DNA of 64,000 nucleotides, from NCBI GenBank assembly GCA_039545335.1, contig BCIN01000003.1, positions 2,489,060 to 2,553,059 of the forward strand, in the 5' to 3' direction. This document shows, piece by piece, positions 49,741-62,722 of the stretch. Source of the DNA: Kondoa subrosea. Taxonomy: Eukaryota. The position numbers and the translations under genes are program-made. The stretch's first letter is position 1. Each line of letters starts with the position of its first letter. The notes under the pieces were generated by a model. The model was given only the letters and a program-made list of their open reading frames with translations, made no database searches and was not told where the DNA came from.

Positions 49741-49932
49741 TGTGTAGATAGGTATAGAGTTAGGTAAGAGTTCAGGATGAAGTGAACCGTTAAGGAAAAC
49801 AAGGGAGGCACGCCGAAATTCTGCAAAAGGCAAGTTGGTTCGCGAACTTCTCGACTGACGTATTTTCTCAAGAAGGTGAATATCTCTACATGGCAAATGA
49901 TGCTGCTATTATGCGCTCATATATTACAGTAA

Positions 49933-52081
49933 TCAAGGTGAAGTACTAGCAGACGTTGCGCCTGCGGGAGGGCAGCAAGTCAAATGAGAACATGTCTTCT
50001 CGGAATTATCAGCATAGCCTAATTGAAACCAATAAGGAAGCTTACCTTGTCTACGCACTGCACTAGGCATGCTCCTTCTCGTTGTGCCTGTCACAACGTA
50101 AGAACAAAGTCCGAGACAATTTAATGCATGACTCACTTCGTTGAATTGCTCCTCCGAAATAGGCTCTAGGTTTGGGTGTGATGCTTCAGTAGCAGCTGAT
50201 CTAAGTTCACCAATCACTTCGGCTGTCAAATAAATGTTCGTTTAGCTTATTATCAAGCAAACGAAACCAAGTGACTGACGTTGAATGGTGCTCGAATGAA
50301 TGCCATGCTGGTGCAGAACTTCTCGGATCCTTGCACTGGCTTCAATGTACTCTTTACTACTCTTGACCAAGACATGCACAGAACCAATGACTTTGCTTTC
50401 CGACAATGACCAAATGTGCAGGTCTGACATTCGCGATCAGACCTTGTTCACCCTCAATGTTGAGAGGAATACTGACCATGTACATCTTCTACTCCAGGAA
50501 GACGAAGAATAGCAGCTCGGACTTCATCCAGTGAGACATCTGACGGTGTGCCTTGTAGAAGAATAGCAGATGCTGATCGTACTAAAGGCATTGCGGAAGA
50601 AAAGATAATGACAGTAATGATGATACTGATTGCTGGATCAAAGTAGAAGCGATATTGCCATTGTGTGAGCCAAATAAGAAGACCAGCAGCGATAACTCCA
50701 ACATTGCCAAGCTGTTTCGCACACTTAGGACAAGATCTTCCCAAGCATGTTTAACTCACAGCATCGCCTAGAACATGCAGAAAGACACCTCTCATATTCA
50801 TGTTACCATGGGAATGTCCTCCTTGACTTTTCTCCACATGATCGTGTTCTTCTTCATCATCGTGTTTGTGCGAATGTCCATTAGCATGAGAATGACCTTC
50901 ATGCGATTCTGATTCTCCATCTAATAGTCCTTGCTCTGCTTCTGACAGCCTTCCAGATCGACTGCTGCTCTTCTTCACGACATCAGAATAAGATCTAGGT
51001 TTCGTTAATCCTTCTATATCGGTCGAATTGCTGCCATGGGAAGTACTCCTCTTCCGGCCATGCGTAGCAGCTCGAACGATGTTGGCTCTTGTTTGAGCTG
51101 GATGAGCATAAAGATCATCCACTTCCTCATCTTCAATAGCGTTGGAGGCATCGTCATCTTCTGGTAATTTAATGGCTCCTGATCCAAGACCACTTGAAGA
51201 AGGAGCACCGTGTGAATGCGAGTGCGAGTGTCCACCATGCGAATGACCATGATCTACGTCCAACTTGAGCTGTACTTTTGAGATTGATAAAGTCAAGCTT
51301 ACCGTGGAATAAGAACAGCCCAACAATGTTGGACAGAAGACCTAGACTACCAACGATGACTACTAGCTTAGGGTTGCGCACGTCTATACTTTCATTGAGC
51401 ACATCGGAATTGCGCAATTCAGAGAAAACTGACCAGCGCCATTGACGAATCTTTCGATAGCTTCCATGAAGATTGAGAAGCAAAGAGCGAGTAGGAAGAC
51501 TCCGTTGATCAAAGCACCGAGAATCTCCGCTCGCTGCCAGCCATAAGAATACTTTGAAGAGGTTGTTTCTTTCGCTGCGAGCTGTTAGCCGCTTTTCGGT
51601 GAGTTCCAGCAACTGAATACAGACTTATTGATACTTACTTTGATAGCGTAGAGTGCAACAACGAGCGAGCAGACTATGCGCTCCGAATCAGAGTGAAGTC
51701 GGTGGAAGAAATGCATGACAGACCATCATTGAGCATCTGTTATGGATTCGTCAGTTACAGCAAAGAAGGCAGTATGGAAGAACTGACATGAAAACTGTCC
51801 GCTACCAAGGCGAGACTGCAAATGTCTGTAAGTATCAAATGTCATTTGCCAAAATAGCCACATACGAGCCGACAGAGTAGCCTGGAGAGCGAGCATGAGT
51901 CGGCTGCCCTTCTCAGTCATATAGACATCACTGACCAACAATAATCTCGACAAAGAAAAACACAGAGTCTATCGCTAAAAGCGTGTACAAGGATGCTTCT
52001 CTGTTGGGTCATTGCTCAGTCTTTAGTTGCGGGTCCAGTGGTCCAGTGGGATGAATGCATAGCTTACCGCGACCAACCCAT
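49933..52081 (-). CDS. Cation diffusion facilitator Zn transporter (Zrc1/Cot1-like)
   Basis: SLALVADSFHMLND, YSYGWQRAEILGALINGVFL, His-rich loop, NMNMRGVFLHVLGDALGNVGVI, YFDPAIS, HGIHSSTIQ. Confidence 0.93.
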
Positions 52082-52287
52082 GATTAGTAACTAACGAAGT
52101 GGTGCAGGCGAAACAGGGTATCAGATGACGGTCGAATGGGACAAAGATTCGTCAAAGTGACAATTCGAGTCGTCACGCGCAAGTCGTAAAGGACGCTTTC
52201 TCAGAGTTTTGTTATACCCAGCTATGCAGTACAGAACACATCTGCAATTCCTCGTACATCTGTTTCATAGTTCATGCACATTGCCCG

Positions 52288-53852
52288 TCATGGCACGAAA
52301 GCTGTTTTGCCAATCTTGTTTTCATTGAAGAGCTTGTAGTACTCTGGTGCATCAGCTAATGGTACTTTGTGTTGGATAAAACCTTCAAAGACTTCTTTGT
52401 TCGCTCGCAATGCTATCATTGTATTAGTAATCAAGGTCGAGCCGGTTCATAGGCAGACTTACCTTCCAGGGCTTCTGGAAACAGTGCTCTGACTGGACAG
52501 CGACCAAATTCTGCGGAGCCCAGTTAGTTCAAGAGTTATAATTTCTACAGCGCAACTCACGCATTCTTATGTTCTTATCATAGAGAGTTGTTCCATTCAG
52601 CTTCAGGGTATGGTTGTAGACACCACAAGAAGAAACCGCCTTTCGACATATGTCAGCACTCAGAAGTATGTGGAAGCGGGAAGACTTACTCCCCCTATGG
52701 CAGAGAAGAAGCATAGATATGAGTAAACGGTGTGCCACTGAACAGGCTTTTCATATACAAGGTCTGACCAGATCAATAGCCAAATCCAAAGCTGCCGGTA
52801 ATCCGACGACTTCCAGAACCGCATCCGCTCCTCTGCCATCAGTAGCTTTCAACACTTCTGCTCGAAGGTCCGCTTCTGGAAAAGCTTGTGCTCCGTGCTT
52901 TTCTGCTTGTTTCCTTCGAGATTCTACTGGATCAGTGGCACTATAGATCAAGTCAGCAGAGCAGACCACGGAAAATGCAAGGGGCTGGGCTTACTATACT
53001 TTTCCAAAGAACTTTTTCGCTGCGGTGGCCGCACAGAGCCCCACGGGTCCGGAACCTATGACTACAGCTACGCTATCTGATGACTTGGGCTCATCCAGTA
53101 ACTTCCAAGCGTTGCGAGCGACATAATAGCCTGTCCCAAAGAGTTCGACGGTCTTTTACAGCAAAGCGTTGGTAAGAGCTAACCAGTCGGGAATATGTCT
53201 TTAGAATTAAGTTGGAACTATTCACGAGTACCGGATGTGAAACGACGTACCTCCCATCAACATTAGCAAATCTGCGCTTAAGTCTTCAGGTGCTTTGAAT
53301 AGAGTTGTTTCAGCCTGTCAGTACTCAGGCTTCATCCACACGAATCTTATCGTGTCCGAAGCAGTACTGACCAGCGGTACGAGAGCGTATTCTGCTTGAA
53401 CACCAGGTAATCGAGGTGAACCAAATAATCGAGAATGCACACATCGGGAAGTCTTTTGTTTACTGCAGAAGAAGCATTCGTCGCAACTGATTGTAAAAGG
53501 GGATACAACCCGATCTCCTTTCTTGAATTTCTTCACTGCAGATCCAGTTTCCACAACCGTTCCCACGAATTCCTGTTGATTTGCAATCAGCTTAGTCCGT
53601 ATTGCTCTTTTTGGTGACTTACATGACCCATAATGAAATCATATTCATGATCAGCTATGGGTTCAAGACCTCTCTACAATCTTTCAGCATAGTCATTCAA
53701 ATTCGACCGACACTCACATAAATATGAAGATCTGATCCACAACACCCAGCCAGCTCAACTCTAACGAGCGCTTCCCCTTCTGAAGTGATTTTTGGTATCG
53801 GTCTCTCTTCCACAACTATATTTCCAGGTGATTTAACTACCACAGCTTGCAT
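52288..53852 (-). CDS. Zinc-dependent medium-chain alcohol dehydrogenase (MDR)
   Basis: MQAVVVKSPG..AGCCGSDLHIY..MGHEFVG..DRVVSPFTISCDECFFC..C; DIFPTGY; GSGPVG; GRGADAVLEVVG. Confidence 0.92.
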
Positions 53853-53870
53853 GACGGAGAACCACGAGCA

Positions 53871-54586
53871 ATGTTAGGGTTGCAATTGACCAGAGAACAG
53901 TTTGAGCTCGTTTGCAAATCTTTAGAGACAACCGAAGCAGAGAACGAGTACGAGGAAAGGAATATAAGAGATTGGAATTGGCGAGCACAAAATGTCAGGG
54001 ATTTCTCGCTGGAAGCGAACGGGAGCTCAATGAGGAGCAGATATATGGACGATCGTCTGGATATCTAGAGAAGCTGGGAGTCAAGCGACGCAAGATGTCT
54101 GTGGTCGAAGAACAAGATGATCTAATGCTGCCGCAAGCGGAGCCGCTCGACGACGCGCAGGAAGAGTCGCAAAGCCCCGAGACCATTACAATCGACTTCT
54201 ATGTGGTGTACTCTAGCACTTATCGCATACCAGCTCTATATTTCGCTGGGTTTGATGAGAGTGAGCTTGTCTCACTTCTCTAGTGAAACTGAGTTGCTCA
54301 TCGAGTGACAGCGGGCTCACCTCTGACACTGGACAAGATGCAAGCAACCGATATTTTCCATGCTCACCCTCAGTCATATCCCTTTGCAGAAAGTGAAACG
54401 ACTGAAGCTCGATTTCCAGCAGTATCACAAGGCGAACATCCAGGTATTGGAAAAGCTTGTTACTTCGTGCATCCATGCGAGACAGAAAACATGCTTCGAG
54501 AAGTGTTAGGGAAGGAAGATAGCAGAGCAGAACAGTACATAAAAGCATGGTTGATGATTGTTGGTAGCCTGATAAATCTCGCATAG
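53871..54586 (+). CDS. ATG10: Autophagy E2-like conjugating enzyme Atg10
   Basis: LTREQFELVCK..; VVYSSTYRIPALYF; SQGEHP..YFVHPCET (catalytic HPC); YIKAWLMIVG. Confidence 0.85.
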
Positions 54587-54801
54587 GTGCGTTTGCGAGA
54601 TCAGACGTATCCAAGCGGAGTATGGGCAGTGTTCAGCAGACAGACAAGGACAAAGAGGAAACGAGGTAGATTGAATCCGGGAATATTAAAATCAATGTGG
54701 TGTCAATGCAATGCGAGAGAAAGTGAATCTTCCTTCTGCAGAATACAATCCATCCCTGAAGATTGCAAAATACAAATAGGATTGCTCATCTCTAACCCCG
54801 A

Positions 54802-55919
54802 TTACTGAGGCGAAAAATATTAGTGAACGGCACAGAAGGAGCTGAAAAGATAGACTTACGACTTCGGCCAAGATAGCTGGCTCCTTGAAGTCAGCCTTGC
54901 CAACCTTGGTTCCAGTCTCTGCCGCTGCCGACTCAGAGTGCATCTCCATCAGCTTGCCAGCTTCGTATTTAGGCGATTTTAGGATCTTGGCTTTGCGGAT
55001 GTAGACGTTCTGGAGAGGGTAGATGCCTTGGCAGGCCTTTTCGATTTCTCGTCCAATGGATTCAGGGAAGAATTTTTGAACAAGTTCTTTGAGATCGCAA
55101 GTTGATGCTTCGCGAATCATGACTTCGAACATTTTCTTGCGGATTTCCTTGATTTGAGATGACTTAGCATAAGTAGTCTTCTTAACTTGGTTTGGGCGCT
55201 TCTTGGTGAAAGCAATGCAGAAGAGACGGATGAGGTAGCCATCGGTGGTCTTGACATCGACATGTGCCTCAATCAAAGTCTGCCACTTGCGCACAAGAGA
55301 CCGAAGCTTGTCTGAGGTGAAGTCCATGCCGTAGAAGGTGGTCAAGCAGTTCTTGCCCTGTACTTCATCGACCTGTAAAATCGGCATGAATTAGGTATAT
55401 CAAACATGAGAAAAATGCCGGCATACTCTAAGCTTGATCTTCCTGAATGCCTGTTCCTCATCCTTTTGCAGATCTGCCAATGAAATTTCGACAATACGTC
55501 CCTTCAATGCATCGTTGGCGTTTTCTGTAATCGAATGAGATCTAGGCCAATCCCTTGAACGTATTCTACTTACTCAAACCCTGAGATCTGTTGACGAGAG
55601 TCTTGCCGACGTTGCGAGTTTCGAAGAAGGAAGGAGCCTTGATGTCGTACCAATCTGCAGCCCAAAAATGAGATTTACTTCGACCAATTTATATGCCTGA
55701 ATCTTCACCTTTTCGTGTGAAAGGGTCGACTACCTTCTTCTTGAGACCCTTTTTCCCTTTCGACAATCTCTGCACAAAGTTCAAGGCATCAACAGCTGTT
55801 CTAGAGCTTTGGAACCATTTTTGAGGAAATATACCTTGTTCTTTCTGAATAATGCAAAGCAAATAACGTCAGCTGCAGGTCTGTGTGTTCCAAAGTGAGA
55901 TTGCGCACCCGACGGCCAT
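54802..55919 (-). CDS. RPS1: 40S ribosomal protein S1 (eS1/S3Ae)
   Basis: [27 protein letters not shown]..; [46 protein letters not shown]. Confidence 0.97.
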
Positions 55920-56580
55920 GATGTTCGTGAGGAAAGAAGAGATTGGAGATTTCAAGGTGAAAACGCAGACGGTGTCTTCGCCGAAATTTTTGGTCGAGCA
56001 GCCTGAAGTGGCAAAACTTCCTTCTGCTCGAACAACGTTACATCTCAATATTCTCTGTACTGTATTGTAGTACTCTCCCGCAAATACCTTGCTCAGTCTT
56101 TCTTCCTCTCTGGGAAATTGCCTTGCATGCGCCAGAAGAGTCGTATTCGACTTCGTTCACTCTACGCTACGATCATTTGTTCTGTTGCTCGATGTTTCCA
56201 GATCTGAAGCATTTCATCTCGCTCCTCCAATTTGTCCTCCTCACTCAAGCAAGAAATCTTCAAATGATGACCCGTAGAGCAAATGCATGGCTTTCGTAAT
56301 TTGATCCTCACAGAGTATCAGCATCCCCTTTTTGCTTTGCAAACTGCGCGGATCAGTGCTCTGTGTCGAGGATTGCCGAAAGGATCTACAAGTCTGATTC
56401 AGTCTTTCCCCTCTAAACTTTGATTTGAGAGGTTTGAAAACAACACGGCTCTTCTTCAACTTTAAATATATTGTCACGTATCTCGTGGATCCGATGTGTC
56501 CAAAAGGTAAGCGGAATAATGATGTAGTAATAATATGCAATGCAATTACTATTTCGCAACTGCGATTCCCTTTAGAAAGG

Positions 56581-57782
56581 CTACTGTAGTGCCTTGATTG
56601 CTCTAGAGACCTTTGCTAGTGCTTCCGCAGTATGACCCATCTCTTGCACATTGAGTACAGCGGATTCAGACAGCACATTGAGATGCTCGACCAGCCTTGA
56701 CGATGCCTTTTGCAGTGCCTCGACAGCAGAGACGTTGTTGCTTAAAGGCGTGACAGTCGAGGGATGTGTGTCCTGCGGAGATACACTTAAAACACTTTGC
56801 TCAGCAAGCTTTTCACTCACTGCAGAAGAGACACGAGTCTTCGAGACACTCTTGCTCTTGGCCAGAGGCGGTATCACTTCTTCTATAGCCCTCTTCTTGC
56901 CTTTATTAGATTCGCTTGGTCCTGCTTGAGGTACGGGTTGAGCTGAAACAGGTTGTATCGGCTTGTTTGCTTCAGTCCATGCAGCTAGCGCTGCCTGATC
57001 ACGTTCATCTACATAGTTCTGCTCGCAAATGACGCAGAATCTTCGCAGAATCAGCGTCAATATGAGTGAGTGTAAAAGAGCTGTAGACACACTTTCTTGG
57101 ATCCATCAAAGCAGGCGAAGAAGCTGAGTTTCCGGTACTAGCAAACTTCCTGTTCTTCCTTCCCTCTGTCGGCTCTTGATCTGACTCGCCATTAGCAGGT
57201 CTTGGTTTTGGTCTTTTCATCAAAGGAATGCCATGACAAGTAGGATTAACGCATTCTTGTGCTAAAAGAACCCAGCCTTTCAATAATCTGCTTCCTATCG
57301 CTGCTGATGCTGCATCGGATTGCCTTCGTCTTGCTTCCGCTGCTGGATCAACCGGTATTACAGGTAAAGCTACTGGCAAAGGGATTTCAGGTAATTCTGA
57401 AGCTGGCGTGGACGCTTCAGAGATAGTGGAAGAGAGCGAGTGAACGGAAGAACGAGGAGATATGACGGAAGGTGTGGAAATTTGAACAAGTGGAAGGTTT
57501 TGCGAAGGACGAGAGCTGTCCCTGTCCGGTGGTCCATCGCACCTGAAAGCAGAACTTAGCTCTTTCCACTGTACACGAAGTGCAGAAGCCTACCTTGCGC
57601 AGAATGCTTCAGATCCCTTTGACATCAACGGACAGCCGACACAGTCAGGCTTATCGCATGCTTCTCCCATGGTCCAGCCTTGAGGTTTGGGTCAGCATCA
57701 TATTATTGCAAGTTGTGTCTGGCGTACCAAGCAGAAGGTATTTGCCCAAGATGGCACTTGTCTGTTCGAGCTGTGAGGACAT
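56581..57782 (-). CDS. Auto_anti-p27 (SSSCA1/ZNRD2-like) double zinc-ribbon protein
   Basis: Two copies of the pattern S..LG..LL.GW.M/L...C..P.C.G.PLM...C..C; C-terminal helix pair. Confidence 0.8.
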
Positions 57783-57865
57783 TTTCTTGGCTAGGCAAAT
57801 TGAGCTATTGAGCGAATGGTGGAACAAGGCCAAAGTAATCAAAGTGGGAAATGCAGGATAATGTT

Positions 57866-59215
57866 TCAAATTGAACACAGCTCTAATGGATCACCACGAA
57901 ACACCGCAACTCTGGGTACAGACCCGTCCGCTCGAATCACCCCGCGAAACATGCCTTCAGAATTCAAGGGCAGAGCATCTACATCACATTAGCGACTTCA
58001 AGGAGCAAGTGACACCAGGCTCACAATTGCCTTCTCCATCGAGTATGATCATTCCTCCTTCTCCACCTTGTAATGCGAGTTCCGCAACGACTTCTTTTCC
58101 AGCTCTTCTTATGCTTTGGCCAAGTAGTCGAGCTCGAGCAGACACTTCGTGTGCGGCAGCTCTGGGATGCCTGTCAGCGCTGAGCTCATATACTATCTGC
58201 TCACTCACGCTCGAATGAATTGATCACCTTCGCCGGTGCATGATATTCCGATTGACCGTGAGCGAGACTTTGATTTGATCTTCAACAGGGTTTTGATCTT
58301 GTCCAGAAGAGGAGCTTTTAGAGTCCACATTTCCGCCCAAGTACCAGCTCCAATAGTCGGTGTATCTCCTATTCTACCAATGTTCTTCTTCACTGGTTCA
58401 TCAGCCTAGTCTTGCGTTTTAGAGCAATGACTTACATTGGTCTTGCCGCCTGTAGATGTTGCAGACGCGATATGACCGTGACAGTCGAGAGCGACTGCTC
58501 CTACAGTTCCTTTGGAACCTTCAAGAATTTCATAGGCTGGTAGATCATCTGGCTTCATAGAACTAGCAGCCGGTCGCACGGAAAATCCAGACTTCTCTTT
58601 CAATCCTCTCTGATGCTCTCGCCAACGAGATCTATCATAGAGATGAACACGTTGTACTGGGTTTAACGAATCAGACGCACTCCGTGTCGAACCATCTGGC
58701 TTCTTTCATCTCTAAGCCTTTCTCTCTGGCAATTCTTTCTGCGTCTTCTCCACTCAAGAATGCATGCGGACATGCTTGAGGGTCCAAATAGAGTGCTTTA
58801 GCGAGTTGTATAGGATGGCGGACATGTTTGAGCAAAGTCACGCCTTTCCGCTTATATGTTGAGCTCAATCTGTACTTCATGGGAAAAGAGACTGACCAAC
58901 TCCTCTTCTGTGAGCGTCTAATGATTCATGTCCGACGGGAGGATGAGACACAGTAATTGAGGCATCCATTTCATGCTCTCCTACGATATTGAAGACAGCT
59001 CCATGACCAGAATTGAAGAGCGGGTTATCTTCCAAGACCGATACTGCTTCGGCAGCGGCAGCAAGAGCTGTTCCGCCATTCTTCAAAATTGCATGGCCCG
59101 CAAGAAGAGCATCACGAAGGCCTTGTTTGTAGCGTAGAAGTATTTCTGGACTGAAGATCTCTTTCGAGAGAGGTCCTGCGCCTCCATGCACTAGAAGAGT
59201 TGGCGTCACAGGCAT
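57866..59215 (-). CDS. Type-2 asparaginase / isoaspartyl peptidase (Ntn hydrolase)
   Basis: LLVHGGAG, LEDNPLFNSGHGAVFN..EMDASI, GTVGAVALD..SATSTGG, GRIGDTP..GAG, CTGEGDQFIR. Confidence 0.92.
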
Positions 59216-59400
59216 CGATATTGGGGAATCGTAAGTACAGCTAAAGACGGAGAGGAGAGAAAAAGATGACTGAGACTGGCGCGGCTAGTCAACAGCGCGG
59301 CTATATGAGCTGCTTGAGTTGATAATTGAGAGCAGATAGTCTGCCCAAGTCTGCTAATGATTCGACTGTCGACAGTCTCTTGAGCACAAACGGCCTGGTT

Positions 59401-62400
59401 ATGCAATGTCTCCTGCTCGTGGTCCTTCTCTGCTGTGACCTCTGTTGGTGTGCTCCTTTCTATTCTTCGCAGCGCAAGGCAGAGCTTCGGTTCGTCGCGA
59501 TAGGACAACAGTCATAACATGTTGAAATTTGTGTCATTGCCAGAGAGCTGGTAAAGGAGACCTGGAAGCATGGTTACAACTCGTATATGCAGAATGCCTT
59601 TCCGCTCGACGAACTGCGACCTCTGTCTTGTCATGGCCAAGGTCACAACAAAAGCGATCCGCACGCAGAGTAAGTAGAAATGTACGCATGACTGGACGAG
59701 CTTACGTGCTACATAGAGAGTTCAACGATGTAGCTGGTGACTACGTACTGCAAGTTGTTGACTGTCTGGACACATTTGTCGTAATGGGTGATGTGCAAGG
59801 CTTCCGTACCGCGGTCGCACAAGTCAGTCAGTCGACGCTCTTTGCTTGTATAGTCTTCTAGATGCTCATGCTGGAAGCTTTCCAACAGTCGAACATGTTT
59901 CTTTCGATTCTGATGTGAAAATACAAGTCTTTGAAGCGACGATCAGGGTGCGCGACACATTTACATTCCTGTCCCTGTGCAAACGTTGAGCCCTCCATAT
60001 ACTTTGACAGGTGTTGGGCGGTCTGCTGTCGGCGCACATCTTCGCTTCTGATCCTCAATCTCGCTTTGGCATCTCTTGGTACAATGATGAACTGCTATCC
60101 ATGGCACGCGACCTGGCCAAGCGGATGTTGCCTGCTTTCAGTAATAGTCCAACAGGTATTCCCTTTGCAAGGGTTAGCGTTCGAGCTCAGGCTTCTGAAC
60201 ATTCGAGGATTGATATTAATTTCAGGTGAACCTTCGGCATGGTGTGACTGGACTGAAGGACGGTCGCGAATGGGAAACATGCACTGCAGGAGCTGGCTCA
60301 TTGCTACTAGAGTTTGCGACTCTAAGTCGGCTGACGGGCGAGCCTGTCTATGAAGTACGTATGTTCCATAGCTGAATGATCAAAGCTCACCATTCTTTAT
60401 AGCGGGTAGCTCGAAAAGCTTTCTTCGCTCTTTGGAATCGCAGATCATCGTTGGACCTAATTGGCAACACTATTCATATCGTGCGGCTGATTTCGATTCC
60501 CTTTTTAGCTGCTCTAATGCGTCATTGTACTAGAAATCGGGGAATTGGATCTACGGTGTTTCATCTATTGGCGCCGGGATAGACTCGTTCTTCGAATACA
60601 TGGTTAAAAGTAGGCAAAAACACCTTTTCGCTACTGTCGACTGACTTGGCATCCTATAGGTTACATACTGTTGGTGACAATCTTCTTCATTACTTCAAGT
60701 CTGACTACTTTACAGCTTCAACGAGGATTCATACTGGCGAGTTTGGTCTCAAGCCTCGGCCGCCATCATGCGACATTTACGCAGCCCAGACGGCTTCTTC
60801 GTATGTCGTCTCTCTTTCAAAAAGGCCCGTGACCGATTCTGCATAGTATCGAGGTGCCCAGATGAGCAATGGCGCTGTCACAAATGCGAATATCGACTCC
60901 CTGTCGGCGTTCTGGCCAGGTACGCTGCACTGATACCTCACTTTGTTCCTTTCTGAACCATCTCAGGTCTACTTGTTCTTGCTGGCGATGTCGAGAATGC
61001 CATCAAATCGCATGCTATTTTTGCCAATATCTGGCTTCGATACAATGGTTTGCCTGAAGTCTTCTCCCCTCAAGAGGTTAAGGCATTGAATTTGGCATAT
61101 CCAGTGCGTTGCTTCTCTGTGTAGAATTGACGATCGCTAATTTAGCCTCGATAGTTGCGACCAGAACTCCTCGAAAGTACTCTATTTTTGCATCAAGCAA
61201 CAAAAGATGACACATATCTGCATTTTGCGGAACAAGCTGTCCATGATATTGTCAACAAGTCGAGAGTGCCATGCGGTCTAGCAAGCGTTGCAGATGTGTC
61301 GACTGGTGCTTTAGAAGATCGCATGCATTCTTTCGCTCTTAGCGAAACTTTGAAATACGCCTACCTAATTTTGTCAGTGGAGATTTCCAATCAGAAGCGA
61401 CACTAATATCCGTATGCAGTGATGAAGACAACATACACAACACCGATACAACGAATTCTGTCTACACAACGGAAGGACATATTTTACCACTGCATCGCAA
61501 ATACTTAGATTTTCCACCTTCAATACGTAAATATACCAATGTTTCAGCACCTACCTGTCTTGTATACCACCCAGCATCTGATACAAACAATTTTTGGTCA
61601 CCTTTAGCATTGAGTATAGATAAACGGCAAGATGCAGAATACGCTCGAATGGCGACAGGACTGAAGCTCGATGAGAAGGAAGCATTGCGAACGGGAGTCT
61701 GGGATATCAATGGCTTTTGCAGGATGCCTGATGTTCCACGAGTGAGTGTGATGCCTTGTCGCGGATCTAAATGTTAATCGCCCAGTGTTTTTAGATCCAA
61801 GAGTTGGTCTTTGCCAGCACATCAGCTCTGGAAGACTTGAACCCTACCGAAGACAAAGTTATGGCCATTCCTGCTGGCGTCGTCATCAAAAATGTCGAAG
61901 GTCTTCGTATCCAGCTAACAAAGCAAAGAGGCGACCAAGATCTCAGTGGTTTGGGTTGGTGGGATGTTACTCAAGGTGGGAGGGAGAAGGGGCCCGACCA
62001 GTCACAACTAATGAGTTCTTCAGTCGCTCAATATCCCCTCGGCTCCGGACAAAAAGTACTGATTTCTGATCAAAACATGCACAAACAAGTCGCACCTCTT
62101 TACGACGCCAACGAACGCAACACCATCTCTCTTTCTTTCTATCGCGGAACAGAAGACAGGAAAAGCCTTCTTTTCACCCGACCTGCTACTCTGGCCAATT
62201 TCGGTCCATCCTTCCCCGCTCAAACCGATTCCATTCCCCTCGTATTGCCACCTAAGAAGCAAAGGAATGCATGTAAAGCTTACGATCCTTTACATGAACA
62301 CAGTAAAAATCCTTCTTTCGTTTTGATCAAACGAGGCGATTGCACTTTCCATACCAAAAGTTCTATGGCATATCAAAGTGGTGCTTCTGCTGTGATTGTA

Positions 62401-62655
62401 TGGAACGATGATGAAAGTAACGGATCATTCATTCCAAGTGCGGAAGGGGAAGTTTCTGAAAAGTCTCAACTCGTTCCGTTGGCTATGATTGATTATTCGT
62501 ATGGGAAAATGCTAGAGACTTATATCGGTGTCCTGGAGACGAAGATTTGGGTTCAGGTTACTCAGCAGAAAGAACCGAAGCAAAGGTTGGAGGATATAGT
62601 CGTCACTTTGAACGGGTACAAATTGGGTAATACGAAATTAACAGATCTAGTCTAA
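59401..62655 (+). CDS. GH47 ER degradation-enhancing alpha-1,2-mannosidase (EDEM/Mnl1-like) with PA domain
   Basis: Signal peptide; [84 protein letters not shown] domain [17 protein letters not shown]. Confidence 0.92.
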
Positions 62656-62722
62656 TCTAGTCTAGTTTGCTTATTGCAATTGTCTAAAAAGTTTGTTAAA
62701 TATGCCCCCGCTTACTTCTCAT

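Noticed and set aside
56264..56397. C/D box snoRNA candidate (ATGATGA ... CTGA)
   Set aside because: Weak terminal stem and no convincing rRNA-complementary guide directly before a D/D' box; an Infernal/snoscan search would be needed.
21860..62655. Glycan-processing genes (glucosidase II, GH20, GH47 EDEM) in one window
   Set aside because: Widely spaced and interleaved with housekeeping genes; consistent with chance.
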